NCBI GenBank assembly: GCA_036271215.1
Contig: DATBBB010000375.1
Span: 10,464-74,463 of the forward strand
Reading direction: 5' to 3'
DNA: 64,000 bases
From: Kofleriaceae bacterium
GTDB taxonomy: Bacteria; Myxococcota_A; Polyangia; Haliangiales; Haliangiaceae
Made by a program: the position numbers and the translations under genes. Numbering within the stretch: position 1 is the first letter of the stretch; each line of letters starts with the position of its first letter. The notes below the pieces were generated by a model. That model did not search any database and was not told the DNA's origin. It saw only the letters and a program-made list of their open reading frames with translations. Below, in pieces: positions 50,794-62,341 of this stretch.

Positions 50794-51685
50794 GCTGGCG
50801 CTCGCGTAGTCCGTGGTGGATCATCGCCTGGACCCGGTTCTTGATCAGCCGCGCCTTGTCGTCGAGCACCTCGTCGTCGTCATCGGGATCGCCGGTGACG
50901 TGGATCGGCTCGCCGAAGTACAGGCGGTACTTCACCGGCAGCGGCACGATCGGGACGAACGGCGGGTACGGCACGACCGGGAACGACGGCGCGCCGAGCA
51001 ACCGGGCGAGCGGCTTGACGTTGATCGCCGGCGCCTGCTCCTCGGCGCCGATCACCGCGATCGGCACGATCGGCGCCCGCATCTCGAGCGCGAGCCGCAT
51101 GAAGCCGGTGCTGAACTCGGCGAGCTGGTAGCGCTTGCCAAAGCTCTTCGAGATCCCGCGCGCGCCCTCGGGGAACACCAGCACCGCCTCCTCGGCGGCG
51201 AGCAGCCGGCGGCAGTTCTCGGGCGTGCCGGTGATCTGGCCCCAGCGCGCGAGCAGGTACGACGCGAACGGCACGGTCGGCACGAAGTACTCGACCATCG
51301 AGCGCACCAGGCGCGGCTGGGGCGGCTCGAGGAAGCACGCGGCGCCGATCACCAGGCCGTCGAACGGCAGCTGGCCCGAGTGGTTGGCGACGAACAGCAC
51401 GCGGCCGGACGCCGGGATGTGCTCGATGCCGAACGCGGCGGCGCGGAAGTAGTGGCGGTACAGCCAGCGCGCGACCCGCGCGGCGCCGCGGAACGAGTCG
51501 CGCGACATGCCGAACTCGTCGAACCCGAACTCGTTGCCGTGCACGACCAGGGCCTGGGTCCGCCCGGCGATGTCGTCGTTGGGGACACCGTGGGGGACAC
51601 CGTTGGGGACACCGTGGGGGGCATCCCGGCGGTCCGTGGCGAGCTGGCGCAATCGATCGAGCAGGCCCACGCCGCGAGTATGCAC
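50780..51685 (-). CDS. Lysophospholipid/glycerol-phosphate acyltransferase family protein (PlsC-like)
   Basis: Contains VANHSGQLPFDG (acyltransferase block I-like), VLVFPEGARG (block III) and PIVPIAVIG (block IV). The start is GTG at 51685. The N-terminus has a GVPN/GVPH repeat. Confidence 0.8.
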   Translation of the reverse strand: MHTRGVGLLDRLRQLATDRRDAPHGVPNGVPHGVPNDDIAGRTQALVVHGNEFGFDEFGMSRDSFRGAARVARWLYRHYFRAAAFGIEHIPASGRVLFVANHSGQLPFDGLVIGAACFLEPPQPRLVRSMVEYFVPTVPFASYLLARWGQITGTPENCRRLLAAEEAVLVFPEGARGISKSFGKRYQLAEFSTGFMRLALEMRAPIVPIAVIGAEEQAPAINVKPLARLLGAPSFPVVPYPPFVPIVPLPVKYRLYFGEPIHVTGDPDDDDEVLDDKARLIKNRVQAMIHHGLRERQHVFW

Positions 51686-51693
51686 GGCCCGCT

Positions 51694-52581
51694 GTGCGAT
51701 ATGCTCCGGCCGTGATCGAAAGCTTCGTCGACCTCACGTATCGCGGGCTGTCGCTCGGCAAGCGCATCAAGCTCGGTCAGATTCGTCCCAGCAGCGGCTT
51801 CCTCGAGCTCGCGGCGCCGATGCCGGTCGGCACCCAGCTGTCGATCGCGACCGGCGACGGAGCCGCGGACGGCGTCGTGAACGGCGTCGTGAACGGCGTC
51901 GTGAACGGCGTCGTGAACGGCGTCGTGATCGACGCCACCGTGATCTGGATCTACGAGCAGGTCGCCGGCGCCGAGCGCACGCCCGGTATGATCGTGGCGC
52001 CGACGTTCGCGGCCGAGGATGCCGCCGCGTGGTGGAAGGCGCGGGTCGAGCTACCCGACGACGACGCCCCGAAGCCGCGGCTCGCGCGGCCCCGCCCGGT
52101 GACCCTGCGGCCGCGCTCGCAGACCTTGCAGACGCCGCCGCCCGAGGGCGCGATCGCCGACGGCACAGCCTCGGCCGCCCCGCCGGCCCTGTCGGCAGCC
52201 GCCGAGCTCGCGGCGCGGGTCGCGGCGGCCGCCGGCGTGGCGCCGCCCCGGCCGGCGATCCCGCCGGGCACGATGCCCAACCCCGACAATGGCGACAAGA
52301 CGATCGCGGCGGAGCCGATCCCCAGCGGCGCGCCGATCGAGCTCGGCGACTCGAGCGACACGGCCGCCATGGAGGCGCCCGGACGCAACTTCGACCCGTC
52401 GATCGATCCGTCGATCGACCCCTCGATCACCATCGACTCGAGCGCCGAGGCCGGCGAGGCCGGCGAGGCCGGTGACGCGGACGGCGACGACGGCGACTCC
52501 GCCGAGCCGAGCACGCCCGCGGCCGGCGACGATCGGCCCGCCGCGAGCAAGGGCGGCCGCAAGCGCAAGCGCCGCAGATGA
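51694..52581 (+). CDS. Hypothetical protein with (GVVN)x5 repeat, Pro/Ala-rich body and a basic C-terminus
   Basis: The reading frame is clear with high GC3. The start may be GTG 51694 or GTG 51712. The C-terminus is KGGRKRKRRR. No domain was recognised. Confidence 0.5.
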   Translation: MRYAPAVIESFVDLTYRGLSLGKRIKLGQIRPSSGFLELAAPMPVGTQLSIATGDGAADGVVNGVVNGVVNGVVNGVVIDATVIWIYEQVAGAERTPGMIVAPTFAAEDAAAWWKARVELPDDDAPKPRLARPRPVTLRPRSQTLQTPPPEGAIADGTASAAPPALSAAAELAARVAAAAGVAPPRPAIPPGTMPNPDNGDKTIAAEPIPSGAPIELGDSSDTAAMEAPGRNFDPSIDPSIDPSITIDSSAEAGEAGEAGDADGDDGDSAEPSTPAAGDDRPAASKGGRKRKRRR

Positions 52582-53561
52582 CCGTCCCGGTCGCCCCCCA
52601 GCTGATCTCCCCGCCGCGGCTCCGCCCTGGCGCCACGGTCGGGATCGTTGCGCCCGCCGGACCGGTGCTGCCCGATCGGCTGCGCCGCGGCCTCGCCTGC
52701 CTGGGCGATGCGTTCCGGCTGCGCATCGCCGACAGCGTGACCGCGCCGCATCCACCGGACACGCCGAGCTATCTGGCGGCCTCCGATGACGTCCGCGCCG
52801 CCGAGCTCACCGCGATGCTCGCCGATCCCGATGTTCGCGCGATCGTGCTGGCGCGCGGCGGCTACGGCATCATGCGGATCCTGCCGCGGCTCGATCCCGA
52901 TCTGTTGCGGCGCGATCCCAAACCGATCGTCGGGTTCTCGGATGCCACCGCGCTGCTCGCGTGGACCCACCACGCCGGGGTTCGCGCGATCCACGGCCCG
53001 GTGATCGCCCAGCTCGCCGATCTGCCGCCGAGCGATACCGCCCATCTGATCCGCGTGCTCACCGACCCGGCGCCGCTCGGCGAGCGACCGTGGCCACTGC
53101 GGGTCGCCGACGGCGCGCCCGACGGCGCGGTGGGCAAGCTCCGGCACCACGGCCCGCTGATCCCGGCCAACCTGTCGCTCGCGGCGTTCCTGATCGGCAC
53201 CCCGTGGCAGCTCCCGCTGGACGGCGCGATCGCGCTGTTCGAAGAGATCGGCGAGAAGCCGTACGCGATCGATCGCTACCTGACCCAGCTCACCCTGGCC
53301 GGCGCGCTCGCCGGGACCTGCGCCGCGGTGATCGGCGACCTCACCCGCTGCCACGACCCTAAACCGCCGAACGGTGCCCCGGATCCCGACGGCGCCGCGC
53401 TCGCGGTGATGATCGAGCGGCTGCACGCCGCGGCGATCCCGGTCGTGTCCGGTGCGCCGATCGGCCACGGCGCGCGCAACGAAGCGATCCCGTTCGGGGC
53501 TCGCTGCGAGCTGGATCTGTCGCGCGGCTCGCTCGCGATCCTCGACGCTGCGGTCGCCTGA
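52578..53561 (+). CDS. ldcA: LD-carboxypeptidase (peptidase S66, LdcA-like)
   Basis: Contains GATVGIVAPAG, RAIVLARGGYG and GFSDATAL (nucleophile Ser context). The ATGA overlaps the upstream stop. Confidence 0.85.
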   Translation: MTVPVAPQLISPPRLRPGATVGIVAPAGPVLPDRLRRGLACLGDAFRLRIADSVTAPHPPDTPSYLAASDDVRAAELTAMLADPDVRAIVLARGGYGIMRILPRLDPDLLRRDPKPIVGFSDATALLAWTHHAGVRAIHGPVIAQLADLPPSDTAHLIRVLTDPAPLGERPWPLRVADGAPDGAVGKLRHHGPLIPANLSLAAFLIGTPWQLPLDGAIALFEEIGEKPYAIDRYLTQLTLAGALAGTCAAVIGDLTRCHDPKPPNGAPDPDGAALAVMIERLHAAAIPVVSGAPIGHGARNEAIPFGARCELDLSRGSLAILDAAVA

Positions 53562-54011
53562 TCGGCAGCGCGCGGCTCCATGATCCGTCAAACCGACCGC
53601 TGATCCGCTCGGGCGGATTGTGGCAAGCCCTGGATCGCGGCATCCCGCCCCCGTCAACACGTCCGTCATTGCCTGATCGCGACACCGGCCGAGGCGTAAT
53701 GACCGCATGAAATCGCAACGGTCAGCTCCGGTGGTTGTGGCGTCCCGATACAGTGGGTGTGGCTCATCGTTCACACCGCCCGGGAGCGCTCACCTCTGTT
53801 GGGGGCCATCGACCTCAGATTGGCCCCAGATCGTGTCCCAGGTCGTACCCATGAGTACCGCCAACCTTTTGGGCCGCCCGCGAGTCCGATGCCCCGCGGT
53901 GCTGAATTTCCGGCTATTTTTGTCAGACTGCGGGATGCTGGAGCTCGCCGCGAAGCCACTGCGTGCGGAATTGCCACAAAGTTCTCAACGAGATCGATCG
54001 GTTTGACTCGA

Positions 54012-54027
54012 TGGCACGAGCAATGCT
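54012..54027 (+). promoter_or_regulatory. Candidate sigma-54 (-24/-12) promoter
   Basis: TGGCACGAGCAATGCT compared with the consensus TGGCACG-N4-TTGCW has correct GG/GC spacing and one mismatch. It lies about 47 bp upstream of ATG 54074. Confidence 0.55.
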
Positions 54028-54073
54028 TAGCGCTACGCTACCGCACGCCACCGTCTTAAAGGAACGACCCCAC

Positions 54074-54889
54074 ATGAACAAGCTGCTCTCCACGATCGGC
54101 CTCGCGCTCGGAATCGCGACGGCCTCCCTGCTCGCCGGCTGTCAACTCTACTTCGGTGACCACTCCGATAGCGGTGGGACCGCCGGTGGCTCCGGCTCCA
54201 CGAGCGGGAGCAATGGCTCGGGCCAGCCGCCCGGCGAGGCGTGCAAGAACGACACGCAATGTGCGGCCGGCTGCTTCTGCGCCGACGGCACCTGCACCGA
54301 GGGTGGGTTCTGCGGCACCGACAAGGACTGCGGCGACGGCTTCCACTGCGATTCGACCCGCGCGTCGTGCATCCCGAACGGCAGCTGCAAGTCGAACGAC
54401 CAGTGCGACATGGGCTCGGTCTGCAGTTCGACCGACGGCACCACCAACGGCAGCTGTACCTCGACCTGCAAGTGCGTCACGGACGCCGACGCCGTGAAGC
54501 AGGGCGCCGGGTTCTGCGACGAGGCGCGCGAGACCTGTATGCAGGGCACTGACCCCGAAGGCGGCTGCACCGGCACCTCGACCTGCGCCGTCGCCACGCC
54601 GCGGTGCGCCGAGGGTCAGGTCGCGGTCATCAAGGACGGCTGCTACACCGGCGCGTGCAGCGCGATCGCCGCGTGCGGCGCGACCCCGACCTGCGAGCTG
54701 ATCCAGCACCAGGACGACTGCCAGGCGCGCACCGACTGCGGCTCGGTGTCCGATGGCCATGACTGCACCGAGCCGGATGGCAGCGCCTGCAAGACCGGTG
54801 ATACGAACTGCAGCTGCAAGTCGTTCACGTTCCAGTCGTGCGAGACCAAGGCGGCGGGCGCGGGCCCGAACCGCATCGTCGTTCAGTAG
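54074..54889 (+). CDS. Secreted cysteine-rich repeat lipoprotein
   Basis: MNKLLSTIGLALGIATASLLAGC carries a lipobox. It then has Gly/Ser-rich linkers and repeated C-x3-6-C modules (CKNDTQCAAGCFCADGTCTEGGFCGTDKDCGDGFHC...). An AAGGAA RBS is present. Confidence 0.65.
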   Translation: MNKLLSTIGLALGIATASLLAGCQLYFGDHSDSGGTAGGSGSTSGSNGSGQPPGEACKNDTQCAAGCFCADGTCTEGGFCGTDKDCGDGFHCDSTRASCIPNGSCKSNDQCDMGSVCSSTDGTTNGSCTSTCKCVTDADAVKQGAGFCDEARETCMQGTDPEGGCTGTSTCAVATPRCAEGQVAVIKDGCYTGACSAIAACGATPTCELIQHQDDCQARTDCGSVSDGHDCTEPDGSACKTGDTNCSCKSFTFQSCETKAAGAGPNRIVVQ

Positions 54890-55034
54890 CTCCGACATAG
54901 TCGCCCGATCCTGGGGTTGACGGAAGGTCCACCGCGAGCAGCGGCTGGGCCGGCGTGTGCGAGCAGGCTGCCTCCGGGCGGCCTGTTTGCGTTCCGCAAC
55001 GGCGCGGCCGGCCAAGACCGGGTACCTTGCGGCC

Positions 55035-55472
55035 ATGGGATTTCAGTTTGCCGAGACCATGGCAGGGACGGTGGAGTGGGACCGGCAGCCAGGCGTCCAG
55101 CATCCGTTCTCGTTCGAGATCACCGCCGAGGCGGCCTCGACCCGCAGCCACATGAAGGACGGCAAGGCGACCCTCCACGGCGTGATCCACGCGCCGCCGG
55201 TCGCCGACGCCGCCCCGGCCGAGGGGGTCATCACGATCCGGCCGGTCGGCCAGCGGATCATTCGCTACGAGCTGCAGTTCCCCGGGACCGATGGCCGGCA
55301 CTACGAGCTGGTCGGCCAGAAGGACATCCGGTGGCTGGACCCGATCCGGACCTTCACGTACCTACCGGCCGAGATCATCGACGACGACCATCGCCGGGTC
55401 GGTGTGTGTCGCACGAGCTTCGACCTCGCACACCACTGGTGGAGCTTCCTGCGCAGCTTCCGCCGGCTGTGA
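55035..55472 (+). CDS. Hypothetical protein (145 aa)
   Basis: Trimmed to ATG 55035 (MGFQFAETMAGTVEW). Coding bias is good. No family was assigned. Confidence 0.45.
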   Translation: MGFQFAETMAGTVEWDRQPGVQHPFSFEITAEAASTRSHMKDGKATLHGVIHAPPVADAAPAEGVITIRPVGQRIIRYELQFPGTDGRHYELVGQKDIRWLDPIRTFTYLPAEIIDDDHRRVGVCRTSFDLAHHWWSFLRSFRRL

Positions 55473-55617
55473 CCCGGATCGCCCGGGCCGGCCGGGGTGT
55501 GCTGGCCGGTAGGCTGGACCATGGGCCGGACTGGACGATCGGGCAGTTTCCGTGTGGGTCTAGAGGACCTAACTCGGCAGCACCACCCCCGGAACGTGGT
55601 AGACCCGGTCCTCGCCC

Positions 55618-59154
<3,537 letters not shown>

Positions 59155-59320
59155 CCGGCGCCCATCTACCTTGGGCACCCTGGGCGCCTCGAGCGCGGCA
59201 CGCTCTCGACTGCGATCCGTCATAGCGGCGGCTCGTCGAGCTGGCGCGTCGCGTCACGCGATCTCGTGACGTGCGCGGATTGATTCTGCGCGAGCGCGGG
59301 CGGATGCTCTGCGCCTCTAT

Positions 59321-60424
59321 ATGCGCATTGGCGTTCCCAAAGAGATCAAGACTCAAGAATTTCGCGTCGGCATGACCCCGTCGGGCGTGGCGATCCTCGT
59401 GGCGCACGGCCACACGGTGTTGATCGAGCAAGGCGCCGGCGTCGGCAGCTCGATCCCCGACGAGGCGTTCGTCAAGGCGGGCGCCAAGATCGTCGCGACC
59501 CGCGACGAGGTCTGGGCCGCGGACATGGTCGTGAAGGTCAAGGAGCCGATCGCGCCCGAGTTCTCGCTGATGCGCAAGGATCTGCTCCTGTTCACGTACC
59601 TGCACCTCGCGGCGGCGCAGGAGCTCGGCAAGGAGATGCTCGCGCGCGGCGTCAACGGCGTCGCGTACGAGACGATCGAGCCGACCCCGGGCGACCTGCC
59701 CCTGCTGACCCCGATGAGCGCGGTCGCGGGCCGCATGGCGGTCCAGGCCGGCGCCACGTACCTCGAGCGCGAGCGCGGCGGCAAGGGCGTGCTGCTCGGC
59801 GGCGTGCCGGGCGTCAAGCGCGGCCGGGTCACGATCCTCGGCGGCGGCGTCGTCGGCGCCAACGCGGCGAAGATCGCGGTCGGCCTCGGCGCCAACGTCA
59901 CCGTGCTCGACGTCAACCTGAAGACCCTCGCCTACCTCGACGACATCTACGCCGGCCGGATCTCGACCCAGTACTCCGATCCGATCAGCGTCGAGCGCGC
60001 GGTCCACGAGAGCGATCTCGTGATCGGCGCGGTGCTGATCGCCGGCGCCCGCGCGCCGCGGCTGGTCACCGAGACCATGATCAAGGACATGGAGCCCGGC
60101 TCGGTGATCGTCGACGTCTCGATCGACCAGGGCGGCTGCGTCGAGACCGCGCGACCGACCACGCACGATAACCCGACCTACCTGGTCCACGACGTCATCC
60201 ACTACGGCGTGGCCAACATGCCGGGCGCGGTGCCGCGGACGTCGACCTACGCGCTGACCAACGCGACGATCAAGTACGTCGTGACCCTGGCCGACCACGG
60301 CCTCGAGAAGGCGGTCTCGGCCGTCCCGCATATCGTCACCGGTATCAACACCTATCGGGGCAGCGTGCCACACGCGGCCGTGGCCGAAGCGCTCGGCGTT
60401 CCTCACGCTCCGTTCACCAAGTAA
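59321..60424 (+). CDS. ald: Alanine dehydrogenase
   Basis: Contains [34 protein letters not shown] and [10 protein letters not shown]. Confidence 0.93.
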   Translation: MRIGVPKEIKTQEFRVGMTPSGVAILVAHGHTVLIEQGAGVGSSIPDEAFVKAGAKIVATRDEVWAADMVVKVKEPIAPEFSLMRKDLLLFTYLHLAAAQELGKEMLARGVNGVAYETIEPTPGDLPLLTPMSAVAGRMAVQAGATYLERERGGKGVLLGGVPGVKRGRVTILGGGVVGANAAKIAVGLGANVTVLDVNLKTLAYLDDIYAGRISTQYSDPISVERAVHESDLVIGAVLIAGARAPRLVTETMIKDMEPGSVIVDVSIDQGGCVETARPTTHDNPTYLVHDVIHYGVANMPGAVPRTSTYALTNATIKYVVTLADHGLEKAVSAVPHIVTGINTYRGSVPHAAVAEALGVPHAPFTK

Positions 60425-60427
60425 GGC

Positions 60428-60560
60428 GCTCCCCGTCGCGAGTTTCGCCCGTCGCGGGCTCTCCCGTTGCAGGCTCTCCCCGTTGCGAGTTTTCGCCCGT
60501 CGCGGGCTCTCCCCGTTGCGGGCCCTTCCTGTTGCGGGCCTCCCGTCGGGGGCCGTCGGG
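60428..60560. repeat. Degenerate tandem array of about 9 short palindromic units (CCCGTYGCGRG) at 15-16 bp intervals
   Basis: Direct reading shows ccccgtcgcgag, gcccgtcgcggg, ctcccgttgcagg, tccccgttgcgag, gcccgtcgcggg, tccccgttgcggg, ttcctgttgcggg and cctcccgtcggggg. A higher-order period of about 47 bp is repeated twice. Confidence 0.7.
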
Positions 60561-60735
60561 GGATCGACCGCCGGGATCGGCCCATCAGGGCCCACCCGGT
60601 CGCCTGCCAGGCGGTGTTTGCACGTCCTAAAATCGACTTCAACCAACTTGAATTATTCTGATTTTTTCAAACGGGCGCGCGGGGGCGAAATCCGGGAACA
60701 ACCGGTGCAACCCGGCTGGTAGACACTTCTGAAGA

Positions 60736-61470
60736 ATGCTGGCCGCACGGGAAAAACGCACCGAGTTCGAGCGCCAGGCGATGGTCCACACCGACGCCCT
60801 GTTCGGCGCCGCCTACCGGCTGACCCGCAACGCGCGCGACGCCGAGGATCTCGTGCAGGACTCGCTGTTGCGCGCGTATCGGTTCTGGGACTCGTTCGAG
60901 CAGGACTCGAACTGCAAGGCCTGGCTGTTGCGGATCGTCACCAACACGTTCATCAACGAGTACCAGCGCAAGAAGCGCAGCCGGGAGGTCCTCGACGCCG
61001 CGAGCGCCGAGCAGGACGCGACCGACGGCGTGCTGGTCCACGCCGAGGCCTCGGACCGGCAATCGCCGGAGCGCACGATGGTCGAGCGCAGCGTGTCCGA
61101 CGACGTCCAGCGCGCGCTCGAGGCGCTGCCCGAGGACTTCCGCACCGCCGTGGTGCTGTGCGATGTCCAGGGCCTGTCCTACAAGGAGATCGCCGACATC
61201 ATGGAGACCCCGGTCGGGACCGTCATGAGCCGGCTGTTCCGCGGCCGCAAGCTGCTGGCGTCCACGCTGCGCGAGTTCGCGGTGTCCGAGGGCTACGTCA
61301 AGTCCGGCGCGGGCCCCGGCGCGGGCGCGGATCATAAAGCCGGCAAGCCGTCCGGCAAGGACGACGCAAAGCCTCCAGATGCCGGCGCCAAACCGGCCGC
61401 CAGCGACGAGACAATCGACTTCGAGAAGTATCGTGCCGCCCGTACGGCGCGTGAAGGTTCGCAATCATGA
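60736..61470 (+). CDS. ECF-type RNA polymerase sigma-70 factor with an extended Lys/Ala/Pro-rich C-terminal tail
   Basis: Region 2 reads [20 protein letters not shown] and region 4 reads [25 protein letters not shown]. Confidence 0.9.
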   Translation: MLAAREKRTEFERQAMVHTDALFGAAYRLTRNARDAEDLVQDSLLRAYRFWDSFEQDSNCKAWLLRIVTNTFINEYQRKKRSREVLDAASAEQDATDGVLVHAEASDRQSPERTMVERSVSDDVQRALEALPEDFRTAVVLCDVQGLSYKEIADIMETPVGTVMSRLFRGRKLLASTLREFAVSEGYVKSGAGPGAGADHKAGKPSGKDDAKPPDAGAKPAASDETIDFEKYRAARTAREGSQS

Positions 61471-62294
61471 GTCTGTGTCAGAGCATCGATACCCTGTCGA
61501 TGGCATTCCTCGACGACGAGCTGGCCACCGAGGAGCGGCGCGAGCTCGAGCTCCACCTGTTCGACTGCGCCAGCTGCCGCACCCACCTCGACGCCGAGCG
61601 CGACGAGCTCGCGATGCTGCGCAAGGCGCTGGTGCCGCCCCCGGCCCCCGCGCTGCTCAAGGCGCGGATCGGCCGCGTGCTCGACGCCGAGGACGCCGCC
61701 ACCGCGCGCAGCGACCGCCGCCGCTGGTCGCAGTGGTTCCTGCCCGGCTCGGCGATGCTCGCCGCGGCCGCCGCGATCCTGGTGTTCGTCGGGGTCGGCA
61801 TGCCCGGCGGGCCCGAGACCAAGAGCGCGCCCCGCGAGGCGATCGGCATCGTGGCGAAGTCCAACTCGCTGCCGCTCGAGGTCCAGGGCGCGAGCACCGG
61901 GCCGTGGCTGCGCCGCAACTTCGCGCCGGTCGAGCCGCCGCAGTTCACCGAGCCCGGCATCGCGCTGCTCGGCGCGCGCCTTCTGCCCAACGGGGTCGCG
62001 AACCACGACGCCGCGATGCTGTCGTACCTGGTGTCGATCGGCGAGAACCGGCTCTCGCTGACCGCGGTGGTGCTCAAGAACCTCGACGGCGAGCTGCTGA
62101 ACGGCGGCCAGGGCTACCGGATCGGCGACCTGGTGCTGCGGCTGCACGAAGCCAACGGCATGCCGGTGGTGACCTACTTCGATCCGCGCGAGCACGTCGG
62201 CTACGTGTTCGGGTCGGAGCGGCTGACCGCGGACGAGCTGCTGCGGCTGGTCGCCTCGACGGACCTGATCGCCCGCGCGCAGCAGCAGCGATAA
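61467..62294 (+). CDS. Anti-sigma factor (zf-HC2 type), single-pass membrane
   Basis: The [12 protein letters not shown] (H-x3-C-x2-C) motif lies near the N-terminus. A TM segment [15 protein letters not shown] follows. The ATGA overlaps the sigma factor stop. Confidence 0.75.
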   Translation: MSLCQSIDTLSMAFLDDELATEERRELELHLFDCASCRTHLDAERDELAMLRKALVPPPAPALLKARIGRVLDAEDAATARSDRRRWSQWFLPGSAMLAAAAAILVFVGVGMPGGPETKSAPREAIGIVAKSNSLPLEVQGASTGPWLRRNFAPVEPPQFTEPGIALLGARLLPNGVANHDAAMLSYLVSIGENRLSLTAVVLKNLDGELLNGGQGYRIGDLVLRLHEANGMPVVTYFDPREHVGYVFGSERLTADELLRLVASTDLIARAQQQR

Positions 62295-62341
62295 GAGACC
62301 GTCGGCGCGCCGCGTCGCGGTTTCGAGTATGATCGCGGGCG

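Noticed and set aside
60428-60560. Possible CRISPR array
   Set aside because: The units are only about 11-13 bp and degenerate. They are separated by 2-5 bp rather than unique 30-bp spacers, and there are no cas genes in the window.
60690-60735. ECF-type autoregulated promoter (GGAAC ... -10) upstream of the sigma factor gene
   Set aside because: A GGGAAC is present at about 60693, but no convincing CGTC/TCTRA-type -10 lies at the right spacing and it is only about 40 bp from the ATG. It cannot be supported from sequence alone.
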